DNA of 64,000 bases from an uncultured delta proteobacterium (GTDB lineage Bacteria > Desulfobacterota > Binatia > JACPRU01). Position numbers and translations under genes: made by a program. The stretch lies in assembly GCA_963745025.1 (NCBI GenBank), contig CAVUWD010000016.1:32001-96000 (forward strand). Direction: 5' to 3'. The notes beneath the pieces were generated by a model, which was not told the origin of the DNA, searched no databases, and was given only the letters and a program-made list of their open reading frames with translations. Of the stretch, positions 21,835-32,631 are shown piece by piece; position 1 is the first letter of the stretch; every line of letters starts with the position of its first letter.

Positions 21835-22242
21835 CTACACGGGACCGGACGCGCCGGACGGGCCGGTCGCCCCAGTCGCTCCGGTTGCTCCGGTCGCCCC
21901 AGTTACTCCAGTCGGTCCAGACGGGCCAGACGGACCAGACGGACCAGACGGACCAGACGGACCAGACGGTCCACTGGGCCCCGTATCTCCGGTCGGGCCG
22001 ACGATGTTCCATACGATCGAGTGCTCGTGCTGGCGGCACTCGCTGGGGTCACTGACGTTACGCATGTTGCCGTTCGTGTCGTTCACGCAGGCGAAGATTA
22101 TGTTGTCGTCGATCGCCGCCGGTGTCGGTGCTGGCTTGGGCTTGGCCCAACTGCTTATCGCGGCGGTCAGCACGACCGCCAAAGCTAAGCCGAGCAGCCC
22201 CATCACCCTTCTCGTCTTCGATTCTCTTCGCTCGTCCTTCAT
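21835..22242 (-). CDS. Secreted collagen-like protein, probably 3'-truncated
   Basis: Signal/TM segment, two-Cys domain (IFACVND...SECR...IVWNIV), 18 Gly-X-Y triplets, then stop. Confidence 0.8.
   Translation of the reverse strand: MKDERRESKTRRVMGLLGLALAVVLTAAISSWAKPKPAPTPAAIDDNIIFACVNDTNGNMRNVSDPSECRQHEHSIVWNIVGPTGDTGPSGPSGPSGPSGPSGPSGPSGPTGVTGATGATGATGATGPSGASGPV
21838..21999 (-). repeat. 9-bp-period tandem repeat encoding (Gly-X-Ser/Thr)n
   Basis: GACCAGACG-type units; GPS x7 in a row and GAT x4. Confidence 0.9.
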
Positions 22243-22373
22243 AGTCGTCTCTCCTCTCGTCGTCTCGTCTTGTTGCGAAGCGCCTTTCGCCCCGCATTCA
22301 CCGTAGCCGAATAGTTCGCTTCGTGCCAGAAATTAAATCCGGTCTGCTCCTGAATGTTGCGGTATTAACGAAG

Positions 22374-22389
22374 AGCAGGTTTTGTGCCA
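22374..22389 (-). promoter_or_regulatory. Sigma54 -24/-12 promoter motif upstream of the collagen-like gene
   Basis: Minus strand TGGCACAAAACCTGCT, correct GG-N10-GC spacing, AT-rich upstream region. Confidence 0.65.
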
Positions 22390-22878
22390 CTAAGCCATTG
22401 AAAAAACAGCTGAAAATTCCGTAGATCGGCGATCAAGATCACGCGCAATCGATCAAGAATGTACCTAAGTGTTACAGATTCAACACTAGTCGCCTTCCAT
22501 CTATCGATAAATACCGACAGGCGATTTAGGAACTGGGCGCGACTAGAAGAGTCTCCAACTCATGCCGCTCCGACGGGAGTACCACGTACGCGTACTCGCT
22601 GCCCTGCACCCTGTGGATCGAGCCCGCGTTCGCGAGAACGACTTCGTCGCGGTCGGCCGCCTCGAGGGTCGTCGAAGACTCGTGCCAAGCTGTAGCGCGC
22701 GGCAAATCCCCACGGACGAATTCATGCACGACCGGTCTAGCGCACGAAGCATTTTGCTGATAGGCGGTTCGCCCGCCGAAGGGGCCTGGCCGATTCGAGA
22801 CTGAGCGGTCGAAGAACATCGCATCGGGTCCCATGGCAAAACCGGGATGGACGGGATGGACGGCATGGAGAAGATGGC

Positions 22879-24078
22879 GTGATCGTTGGTGTCCCTAAAG
22901 AGAGCTACCCCGGGGAGCGGCGCGTAGCGTTGGTCCCGAAGGCCGTTCCCAACTTGGTCAAGGCCGGGATGCAGGTCGTGCTCGAAACGGGCGCTGGCAT
23001 CGAAGCGGGGTATCCCGACACCCAATACGCCGAGAAGGGTGTGAAGATCCTGCCGGACCGAGCTTCGGTGTTCGCGGCCGCCGACATCATCCTTCAGGTT
23101 CTCTGTTACGGCTCCAACGACGTGGCGGGAAAGGACGACTTGCCACTCTTTCGCCGCGGCCAGGTCTTGATCGGTTTTCTCCGCCCGCTCGGGTCGATCG
23201 AGGTGCTCCAGCAGATCGCCTCGACCGGCGTCACTTCGTTCGCCGTCGAGCTGATGCCGCGCACGACGCGGGCACAGAGCATGGACGCGCTCTCTTCGAT
23301 GGCGACGATCTGCGGCTACAAGGCCGTGTTGATCGCCGCCGACACGCTGCCCCGGATGTTTCCCATGTTCACGACGGCGGCGGGCACCATCACCCCCGCG
23401 CGGGTCCTGGTGATCGGTGCCGGCGTCGCGGGACTCCAGGCGATTGCCACCGCCCGTCGGCTCGGCGCGGTGGCCTCGGCCTACGATTTGCGGCCCGCCG
23501 TCAAAGAGCAGGTGCAGAGCCTCGGCGGGCGGTTCGTCGAATTGCCCATCGAAGCCAAGGATGCGCAAGACGCGGGGGGATACGCGCGCGCCCAAGACGA
23601 GACCTTCTATGCACGCCAGCGGGAGCTCCTCGGCAACGTCATCGCCGAGAGCGACGTCGTCATCACGGCCGCGGTCATTCCCGGGAAGGCGCCGCCGATA
23701 CTGGTCACTACGGAGATGGTGAAGAGGATGGCGCCGGGATCGGTGATCGTCGATCTGGCCGCCGAACGGGGCGGCAATTGCGAGCTCACGCGAAAGGGCG
23801 AAACGGTCGTCGAGCACGGCGTGACGATTATCGGGCGCATCAACATTTCGAGCGGCACCCCCTACCATGCGAGCCAAATGTACGCGCGGAACCTCACCGC
23901 CTTTCTCCTCCACCTGATGAAGGACGGCGAGCTCCGCCTGAACCTACAAGACCAAATCGTTCGAGAGACGTTGTTGACGCACGGAGGAGAAATCGTGAAC
24001 GAGCGTGTCCGGGAGTTCTTCGCGCTGCCTCCGCAGGCGTCTCGCGAACCAGCAAGCAGGGAGGACCGATCGACGTGA
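22879..24078 (+). CDS. pntAA: NAD(P) transhydrogenase alpha subunit part 1
   Basis: GVPKE..GERRVAL, RAQSMDALSS, GAGVAGLQA, GGYA, DLAAERGGNC. Confidence 0.96.
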   Translation: MIVGVPKESYPGERRVALVPKAVPNLVKAGMQVVLETGAGIEAGYPDTQYAEKGVKILPDRASVFAAADIILQVLCYGSNDVAGKDDLPLFRRGQVLIGFLRPLGSIEVLQQIASTGVTSFAVELMPRTTRAQSMDALSSMATICGYKAVLIAADTLPRMFPMFTTAAGTITPARVLVIGAGVAGLQAIATARRLGAVASAYDLRPAVKEQVQSLGGRFVELPIEAKDAQDAGGYARAQDETFYARQRELLGNVIAESDVVITAAVIPGKAPPILVTTEMVKRMAPGSVIVDLAAERGGNCELTRKGETVVEHGVTIIGRINISSGTPYHASQMYARNLTAFLLHLMKDGELRLNLQDQIVRETLLTHGGEIVNERVREFFALPPQASREPASREDRST

Positions 24079-24365
24079 GCTTGATCGACGCGCTCTACAC
24101 GTTCATGCTGGCCGGCTTCATCGGCTTCGAAGTCATCCGCCGCGTCTCGCCTCTGCTCCACACTCCGCTGATGTCCCTGACGAACGCGCTCGATGCCATC
24201 GCCGTCGTCGGAGCGATCGTGCTCGTCGGCAAGCGCGAGAGCACGTTCTCCACCGTGCTCGGCACTGTCGCGATCATCGCGGCCACCAGCAACGTGGTCG
24301 GCGGGTTCCTGATCACCGATCGCATGCTGCGGATGTTCAAGCAGAGCCGTCCAACCAAGAGGTAA
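24075..24365 (+). CDS. pntAB: NAD(P) transhydrogenase alpha subunit part 2
   Basis: LHTPLMSLTNA, NVVGGFLITDRMLRMF; GTGA overlap. Confidence 0.95.
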   Translation: MSLIDALYTFMLAGFIGFEVIRRVSPLLHTPLMSLTNALDAIAVVGAIVLVGKRESTFSTVLGTVAIIAATSNVVGGFLITDRMLRMFKQSRPTKR

Positions 24366-24367
24366 TC

Positions 24368-25759
<1,392 letters not shown>

Positions 25760-25833
25760 GTCGCGCGGCGAGTTGACGAGCGTAGGCCTCCAGCTCCTCG
25801 GCGCTGCACCGGCCGCGCCGCGGAACACCGCGG

Positions 25834-26634
25834 TCATCGTCCCTTGAAGGCCGCCGTCGAGCGGCCCAGGAAAGCCTGCTGGCCCGCGAGCCAATCCTCC
25901 GAGCGGCACAGATAGCTGAAGGTTTCGGTCTCGAACGCGATCCCGTCTCGCAGCGGCCTGCCGATGCCGTGGAGGACGGCCTGTTTGGCCGCGCGCGTGG
26001 CCAACGGCGCGTTGGCTGCGATCAGCTCGGCGATCTGGGTCGCCTTTCCCATCAAGTCCTTGGCCGGCACCACGTGATTGACGAAGCCGATCCGGTACGC
26101 CTCCTGGGCGTCGTAGATCTTGCCGGTCAGAATGATCTCCAGCGCCCGACCCAGACCCACGATTCGCCACAGCCGTGAGCATCCGCCGTCACCCGGCATC
26201 AGACCCCACCGTATTTCCTGGTGCCCAAAGGTCGCGTGATCGGCGGCGATCCGGATGTCGCAGAACTCCGCGAGCTCATGCCCGCCGGCGATGCAGTATC
26301 CATTTATCGCGGCGATGATCGGCGTGTAGATCTCGTACCCTCCAGAGATTCCGCACCAGCCGGGTCCTTGGAAGGCGCGTTGGCGGTTGTCCTCTTCCGA
26401 TGCGGCACGGATATGAGGAATGAGCTTCTTGAGGTCCGCGCCGCTACAGAACGCGTCGTCGCCGGCCCCGGTGAGGATGACTGCGCGAACATCGCGGTCG
26501 CGCTTCACCTCCTGCCATATCGCGATGAGTTCGTCTGAAGTCTCGACGTCGATGCAGTTGTGCACCTCGGGACGGTTGAGAGTCACGTATGCCAGGGCAC
26601 CACGCTTTTCGTACAACACATTTTGTTTGGCCAT
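25834..26634 (-). CDS. Enoyl-CoA hydratase/isomerase
   Basis: TLNRPE, AFCSGADL, AAINGYCIAGGHELA..CDIRIA. Confidence 0.92.
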   Translation of the reverse strand: MAKQNVLYEKRGALAYVTLNRPEVHNCIDVETSDELIAIWQEVKRDRDVRAVILTGAGDDAFCSGADLKKLIPHIRAASEEDNRQRAFQGPGWCGISGGYEIYTPIIAAINGYCIAGGHELAEFCDIRIAADHATFGHQEIRWGLMPGDGGCSRLWRIVGLGRALEIILTGKIYDAQEAYRIGFVNHVVPAKDLMGKATQIAELIAANAPLATRAAKQAVLHGIGRPLRDGIAFETETFSYLCRSEDWLAGQQAFLGRSTAAFKGR

Positions 26635-26799
26635 TTCGCCGTCTCCTCTGGGCCGAGAACGACTTGGGTACAGGGAAGGTGGCGGTGCGCTCGGCGGGCG
26701 TGCGGAGCCACGAAGACGCCGACTCGAGATCCGGCCGCTCACGGCGACGCGACGCCCAGCACGCGGTTTCTCCCTCCATCGGCCACCGTCGCTTCGCGA

Positions 26800-27264
26800 C
26801 TACCGGACCGCGTAGACGTCGTAGCGGACCTCGGAACGCTCCAGGAATGCCTCGCCGATGCCGACGCAATGGAGCCGGTTCAGCCACTGATGATCGGGGT
26901 AGGAGGTATGGAAGCGCGGGGAAGTACGGATCGGCGTCCCGCTCGGCGGCAGCTTCCCTTCGAGGAACCTTTGATAGCCGTCCTCGCCGAAGTCGAGGAT
27001 GCCGCCATAGGTCACGTAGATGAGGGCCCCGTCGTCGGCCTCGAGGGTGGCCCGCACGTCGATGATTCCGACCCCATCGCGTCGAATCGTGAGCCAATCC
27101 GCTCCGACCGGCCGGACCCTTCCGCGGAGCTTCGGGCCGGTCACCTCGCCTCCGCTGATGTAGCCGTTGACCCGCAAGCCTTCGGCGAGGGGGCCGATCA
27201 CCTCGAAGGGGGTGTGAAGCGTCCCCCGGTAGGAGAAGATGTGCTCCATCCGATAGTCGATCAT
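26800..27264 (-). CDS. DUF3237 family protein
   Basis: [38 protein letters not shown]. Confidence 0.88.
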   Translation of the reverse strand: MIDYRMEHIFSYRGTLHTPFEVIGPLAEGLRVNGYISGGEVTGPKLRGRVRPVGADWLTIRRDGVGIIDVRATLEADDGALIYVTYGGILDFGEDGYQRFLEGKLPPSGTPIRTSPRFHTSYPDHQWLNRLHCVGIGEAFLERSEVRYDVYAVR

Positions 27265-27364
27265 GAAAGACTCCTTTTCTCCGCTCGCCATCCTCTTCCG
27301 GGAATAAGCGGCCGTCGGGACGGACGGCGTCCTGGATTGGGCTTCCAGCGGGCGCCCACGACCG

Positions 27365-28717
27365 CTACTTCCCACGCACCTCGAGGAAGCGCGTCTTGTG
27401 CGCGCTCCGCTCGAGCTGCCCGGGCTCGAGCCAGGAGATGTCGGGCGTGATCCGGAGTCTCTCGTGCATCGTGTGAACGATCTCGGCCGCGAGCTCGTCG
27501 AGCGCCGACGGCGGGGTCTCCGCTCCGCGCTCGACGCGGAGCTTGAGCGGAGGCACGACCCGCGGCGGCGGCTCGTCGAGCGAGATCCGGAACTCGCCGG
27601 TGACCCGCGGGATGAACCCCGAGATCACCCCGTCGATGGCCGCCGGATAGACCATCACACCCTTCACCTTCAGCATGTCGTCCGCACGGCCGACGATGCG
27701 GTAGCGGAGCCCGGTCGCGCCGCAGGGGCACGGCGACACCTCGACGCGCTGGATGTCGCCCAGCGACGTGCGGACGAACCCGAGGCCGCCGCCGAGGAAC
27801 GAAGTGAAGAGCGCCTCCCCCTCGGCGCCATCCGCGAGCGGCACCGGCTCGCGCGTCACGGGATCGACGAGCTCGTAGAGCTGGAGGTCCTCGGCGATGA
27901 AGTGCATGCCCTGATACTCGGGGTGGTCGCAGGAGATGCCCAGACCCGCGCCGAGGTCGTAGAGCTTCCCGCCGTACGCCGACTCGATCCGCCGCCGCAC
28001 CTCCGGAATGCCGGCTCCCGGCTCGCCGCCGCACAGCAGGATCTTGATGCCGAGCGAGGCGATCGGCACCCCGAGAATCTCCGGCGCGCGCTCGATCAGG
28101 TGCTCGGCGAGCGACGGCGTCGACGAGAGCACGTTGCCGCGGAAGAAGCGCGCCGTCTTCAGGATTCGCGCCGCCCCGGCCTCGGCGCCGACCGGAATCT
28201 GCATCACGCCGCCGTCGCGCGCGCACTGGAGCCCCGGCACCCCGCCGATGAACATCGAGAGCGCCATGCCGTGGATCATGCGATCGCCGGGGCGGACTCC
28301 CGCGCGCCAGCGGGCGCGCAGCAGGTATTCTCCCCAATAGTCGTCGAGGTCGGTCCGCGTGAGCGGGTAGGGCTGCGGCTCGCCGGTCGTGCCCGAGGTC
28401 GCCGCCATCGTGACGAGGTCGCCGATCGGCACGGGAAGCGTCTCGTCGAGATAGCGATAGACGTCGCCGCCGCACTCTTCCATGAGGCTGCGGTAGTCGA
28501 CCTTCGTGAACGGCGGGAGCGCGCGTCCCCAGTCCTCGAGCGTCCGGATGTCCTCTGGGCCCGCCACGCCGTTCTCCTGCATCCGGTGGCGGAAATAGGG
28601 GGCGTGCTCGAAAATCTCCGCGACCCGCGAGCGAAGCCTCCGAAGCTGCAACGCCCGCATCTTCTCGGTGCCGAGGAGCGATTCCATCTTCGGGTTCCAG
28701 TACCGACGCTCCGACAT
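27365..28717 (-). CDS. Phenylacetate-CoA ligase family (PaaK-like)
   Basis: [29 protein letters not shown]. Confidence 0.9.
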   Translation of the reverse strand: MSERRYWNPKMESLLGTEKMRALQLRRLRSRVAEIFEHAPYFRHRMQENGVAGPEDIRTLEDWGRALPPFTKVDYRSLMEECGGDVYRYLDETLPVPIGDLVTMAATSGTTGEPQPYPLTRTDLDDYWGEYLLRARWRAGVRPGDRMIHGMALSMFIGGVPGLQCARDGGVMQIPVGAEAGAARILKTARFFRGNVLSSTPSLAEHLIERAPEILGVPIASLGIKILLCGGEPGAGIPEVRRRIESAYGGKLYDLGAGLGISCDHPEYQGMHFIAEDLQLYELVDPVTREPVPLADGAEGEALFTSFLGGGLGFVRTSLGDIQRVEVSPCPCGATGLRYRIVGRADDMLKVKGVMVYPAAIDGVISGFIPRVTGEFRISLDEPPPRVVPPLKLRVERGAETPPSALDELAAEIVHTMHERLRITPDISWLEPGQLERSAHKTRFLEVRGK

Positions 28718-28750
28718 GGTCGTCCCCTCCGTCGCCCCGAGGCGGCTGAC

Positions 28751-29986
28751 TCAGAGCCGAGTGGCTCCGACGAGGCTGAGGACGTCGTTGCAGCCGTCCT
28801 CGATCATCGACGCGCGCGCGTCGCGGAGCAGCTTCTCGATCGGGTACTCGCGGCTGAGCCCGTTTCCCCCGAAGATCTGGAGAGCGCTGCTCGCGATCTC
28901 GAACGCCGCCGTGGTGCAGAAGACCTTCGCGGCGATCGAGTAGTGGAGGAGCGGCGGGTTCACCGCGTTGTATGCCATCACCCGGCGGGAGAGCGATCGC
29001 GCGGCCTCGAACTGCGAGAACATCCGGAAGAGCCGGGCCTTCACGCTCTGATGCCGGATGATCGGGACGCCGCCCTGGATCCGCTCCTTCGCGTAGTGAA
29101 CGGCGTGCTCGAGCGCGGCGCGGGCCACGCCGGTGAAGACTGCCGACATCGCGCCGTTCGCCATCGTCAGCACCGATTCCGACGCCGCCACATAGGCTTC
29201 CGGATTGACGGCGACGTACTCGGCGGGGATCCGGACGTCGTCGAAGAAGATCTCGCTCTGGTTCAGCGTCCGCTGGCCGATCTTGTCGAGCGGCTTGCCG
29301 CGGCTGACGCCGGCAAGATCCAGCGGAACGATCGCGACCACGAAGCGGCGGAAATCGTCGCCGGGAGCGACGGCGCAGTAAAGCGCGGCCACGTCCGCGA
29401 CGCTGCCGTTCGAAACCCAGGCCGACTTCTGACCGGAGATCACGTACTCGTCGCCGTCCCGGCGCGCGACGCAGTTTGCGCGCCCCTTGGCCGGCGGCGC
29501 CGAGGAGTCGAGGGCGATGATCAGGTCGCTGCCGTGGTCGGGCTCCGTACCCGCCCAGCAGCCGATCTCCCGCTGCGTGTAGCGGCCGCGACGCCCGTTC
29601 GTCCCGGCGAAGCGCTCGATCAACGCGGCGTTGCCGGAAAGGCCAGCGAACATCCGCGGGAAGTCCGCGACCATGAGACCGAGGCCGAGCCCGGCGTCGC
29701 CCCAGCCGAACTCCTCCAGGATCAGCGAGCGGAGCCGTGCCACCCGTAGCGCCTCGTCGCCGGAGAGCCCCACCCCCTCGAGGAACTCGAGGCCGAGGGT
29801 CCGGTACCTCTCGTGCACCTGCCAGAGCGCCGAGCCGGGAGCGATGACGCCCTCCGGATCCGGCAGCCGGTCGAGCTCCGCGCCGATCGGCCGCAGCACC
29901 TCGTCGGCGAAGCGGTGCGCCGTGTCGCGGACGGCGCGCTCCTCGTCCGTGAAACCGACTTCGAGGTCAACGATTCCGTTTTCCAT
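28751..29986 (-). CDS. Acyl-CoA dehydrogenase
   Basis: TEPDHGSD, RIQGGVPIIRHQ, QIFGGNGLSREYPIEK, IEDG. Confidence 0.92.
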   Translation of the reverse strand: MENGIVDLEVGFTDEERAVRDTAHRFADEVLRPIGAELDRLPDPEGVIAPGSALWQVHERYRTLGLEFLEGVGLSGDEALRVARLRSLILEEFGWGDAGLGLGLMVADFPRMFAGLSGNAALIERFAGTNGRRGRYTQREIGCWAGTEPDHGSDLIIALDSSAPPAKGRANCVARRDGDEYVISGQKSAWVSNGSVADVAALYCAVAPGDDFRRFVVAIVPLDLAGVSRGKPLDKIGQRTLNQSEIFFDDVRIPAEYVAVNPEAYVAASESVLTMANGAMSAVFTGVARAALEHAVHYAKERIQGGVPIIRHQSVKARLFRMFSQFEAARSLSRRVMAYNAVNPPLLHYSIAAKVFCTTAAFEIASSALQIFGGNGLSREYPIEKLLRDARASMIEDGCNDVLSLVGATRL

Positions 29987-29988
29987 GG

Positions 29989-30855
29989 CTACTTCCTCGT
30001 CGACTCCGCGGCGGCTTCCTGCGCCGCCTGGGTCATGTCCTCGATGATCGCAGCCACCTCGTCCCCGAAGATATCGCTGAGGCCGTACTCCTTAGCGAGG
30101 CCTCGGAGCTCGTCGCGGCGCCCGGGAAGCGGCGCGGGCCGCTGCAGCATCTTCGCTTCCTCGAGCGCGCGGACGACGCGCTCGTCCCGCCGGAACGGGT
30201 CGCCGCACCGGTTCAGGAAGAACCGGTGTTCGAACGGCACCCGCGGCCGCTGTCCGCCGGCCTCGGGATCCTCCTTGGGATAGCCGACGGTCTGCAGCAC
30301 GAGCACCTTGGAATCCGCGGGCAGACGGAGGACCCGCCTGAGCTTTCGGTCGTTCATGACGCCGAGGAGGCAGGTGCCGAGCCCCTCCTCGAAGGCGACG
30401 AGCGTCGCCTGAGCGATGCCCTGGCCGCAGTCCATCTCGGTGAGCCCGGTCGTGCGGATCTTCTCGTTCCCCATCTGGAAGAAGGGGATCAGCGTCTGAT
30501 CGAGGTAGGCGTGGCTCTTCGCCACTTCCACGCCGGCCGCGCCGGCGTCGACGAGCTCGTGTAGGCGGTCGCCCTGGACGCGCACCGCGTCCCAGTCGAG
30601 AAACCACACGATGATGACGGGAGCGGCGCGGAACTGGAACCCTCCGAGCGCCGTCCCGACCGGCAGCGCCTCGATCACTTCCCGGGGTGCGCTCGAGCGT
30701 TCGATCACGACCGCCTTCAGCGCCTGCACGTTTCCCCAGAACGACGCGAGGCGCGCCGCCTCGAGCATCTTCTGGATCTTCTCGTGCTCCACCGGCTTGT
30801 CGGGGCGGATGAACCGGATCGAACGGCGACGACCGATGACTTCCTTCAATTCCAT
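29989..30855 (-). CDS. Nitroreductase family protein
   Basis: RRRSIRF, MLEAARLAS, AFEEGLG, VGYPKEDPEAGGQRPR. Confidence 0.85.
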   Translation of the reverse strand: MELKEVIGRRRSIRFIRPDKPVEHEKIQKMLEAARLASFWGNVQALKAVVIERSSAPREVIEALPVGTALGGFQFRAAPVIIVWFLDWDAVRVQGDRLHELVDAGAAGVEVAKSHAYLDQTLIPFFQMGNEKIRTTGLTEMDCGQGIAQATLVAFEEGLGTCLLGVMNDRKLRRVLRLPADSKVLVLQTVGYPKEDPEAGGQRPRVPFEHRFFLNRCGDPFRRDERVVRALEEAKMLQRPAPLPGRRDELRGLAKEYGLSDIFGDEVAAIIEDMTQAAQEAAAESTRK

Positions 30856-30905
30856 GGACGTGGCTCCTCTCCGCTATCGCACTGGTGAGCTATCGGCTTC
30901 CGGAA

Positions 30906-30921
30906 AGCATCTTGCGTACCA
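30906..30921 (-). promoter_or_regulatory. Sigma54 promoter motif for the nitroreductase-to-ECH operon
   Basis: Minus strand TGGTACGCAAGATGCT, about 50 bp upstream of the ATG. Confidence 0.65.
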
Positions 30922-31085
30922 ATCCGGAAAGAACGCATTGCGAATAGGCTTCACTCGGCGGGTGTGGCGAACGGCGTCATTGTGAATCGGATCGTCCCAT
31001 CCATGTGGCGGTCGGCACCATCATGAATCGGCTTGCGGCACGCCGGAGGAACCTCCGCCCGCTCGGCAATCGCCGGTTCGCAGCC

Positions 31086-32213
31086 TCAGACCGCGAACAC
31101 GTGCACCGCGGCGGCTCCCCCGAATCCCTGGCAATGGGTGAGCGCCGACCGGGCGTTCGCAACCTGACGCGCACCCGACTCGCCGCGGAGCTGCTCGACG
31201 ATTTCCACCACCTGCGCCACACCCGTTGCGCCGAGCGGATGACCTTTCGAAAGGAGCCCGCCGGATGTGCTGACCGCGACGTTGCCGCCGATCCGCGACA
31301 GGCCCGCCTCCACGAATTTTCCGCCTTCGCCGCGCGGGCAGAGGCCCAGGTTCTCGTAATGGATGATCTCGGCGATCGCGAAGCAGTCGTGAAGCTCGAT
31401 CACGTCGAGATCGTCGGGACCGATGCCGGCCTGCGCGTAGGCGCGGCGGATCGCATCGGTATTGATGCCGACGATCATCTGGAGAGGATCGCTGGCGTCT
31501 CCCGGCGGATCCGACCGCAGTACCGAGGCCGCGACCGTGATCGGGCGCCGCCGCCCGCGGGCGACGTCGGCGCTCGCCACCACCGCGGCGGCGGCGCCCG
31601 AGCCCGTCGGGCAGCACATGAGGAGAGTGAGCGGGTCGGCGACCACGCGCGAGCGAAGGACGTCCTCGATCGTGATCCGCTCGCGATACTGGGCGCGCGG
31701 ATTCTCCGCGGCGTGATCACGGTTCTTGACCGACACCATCGCGAGCTGCTCGAGCGTGGTTCCGTAGCGGCGCGAGTGGGCGCGGAAGATCTCGGCGAAC
31801 ATCCCCGGCATCAGAGGAGCGCCGCGTCGCGGGGTCATCCGCACGTCGCTCGAATCGACGGGGATCGGCCCCCGCTCCATTTTCTCGAGGCCGAGGGCGA
31901 GCGCGATCTGCGCCGCTCCTCCGCGCACGGCAGCCACGGCCTGATGGAAGGCCGTGGAGCCGCTGGCACAGGCGTTCTCGACGTTCACCACCGGCGCGCC
32001 CGCGATCCCGGTGCGGGAGAGGGCCCGCTGGCCGGCGGTGATCCCCTGAAGCACGTGCCCGCAGAAGGCGATCTCCACGCCGGATGCGTCGATCCCGGCG
32101 TCGACGAGCGCGGCACGCGCGGCATCGGCTCCGATCTCTTCGATCCCGCGCCCTTCGTGGCGGCCGAAGGGGGTCATTCCGACACCGATGACGAAGACCT
32201 CGCGCTCGTCCAT
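31086..32213 (-). CDS. Thiolase family protein (SCP2/lipid-transfer type)
   Basis: NVENACASGS, ELHDCF, SGGLLSKGHPLGATG. Confidence 0.92.
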   Translation of the reverse strand: MDEREVFVIGVGMTPFGRHEGRGIEEIGADAARAALVDAGIDASGVEIAFCGHVLQGITAGQRALSRTGIAGAPVVNVENACASGSTAFHQAVAAVRGGAAQIALALGLEKMERGPIPVDSSDVRMTPRRGAPLMPGMFAEIFRAHSRRYGTTLEQLAMVSVKNRDHAAENPRAQYRERITIEDVLRSRVVADPLTLLMCCPTGSGAAAAVVASADVARGRRRPITVAASVLRSDPPGDASDPLQMIVGINTDAIRRAYAQAGIGPDDLDVIELHDCFAIAEIIHYENLGLCPRGEGGKFVEAGLSRIGGNVAVSTSGGLLSKGHPLGATGVAQVVEIVEQLRGESGARQVANARSALTHCQGFGGAAAVHVFAV

Positions 32214-32248
32214 TCGCCTACCTCCGAGATGGTTCCCGGACGAATCGA

Positions 32249-32264
32249 TGCAGATGTCGTGCCA
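32249..32264 (-). promoter_or_regulatory. Sigma54 promoter motif for the thiolase
   Basis: Minus strand TGGCACGACATCTGCA, followed by a GGAGG RBS. Confidence 0.7.
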
Positions 32265-32519
32265 GATGCGGGGTGCGGAAATCCCGCCTCGGTGCCACGC
32301 CCGATGAGCGACTGCTGCCTACAGGATCAGGTTCTGTCGCCGAAGGAAACGCTCGCGGCGTTGTCGAGGGTCTTGGGCAGCGCGCAGCAAACTGGCTCCG
32401 GCCCGAGAACCGCGCCGATCGGGCGAGGAGGGGCACTGTTTCACGGTGGGATAGCGGCTTCCCGGAAGAGAGCTGTCCTGCGCGCCGCGGTCCGCGAGCG
32501 CTTCAGGCGCTGACGCAAG

Positions 32520-32535
32520 TGGAACGTGGCTTGCA
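32520..32535 (+). promoter_or_regulatory. Sigma54 promoter motif for the 459-aa gene
   Basis: TGGAACGTGGCTTGCA. Confidence 0.7.
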
Positions 32536-32631
32536 GCTCTCCTTTGCCGGGTCCGCTGCGGGCGCTCGTCGGCAGCCGGGGCCACCCGAGCGCCGGACGC
32601 GCAATCACCGAGAGGACAAGGGAGAACCGTC

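Noticed and set aside
21838-21999. Short tandem repeats as a possible CRISPR array
   Set aside because: 9-bp period with no unique spacers; explained by collagen Gly-X-Y coding; no cas genes in the window
22312-22328. Second TGGCACG motif upstream of the collagen-like gene
   Set aside because: Lacks the conserved GC at -12
27398-29749. Long ORFs such as 27398..29749 (+), 53671..56004 (-) and 11003..13138 (+)
   Set aside because: Arg/Ala/Pro-rich shadow frames overlapping well-supported genes in high-GC DNA
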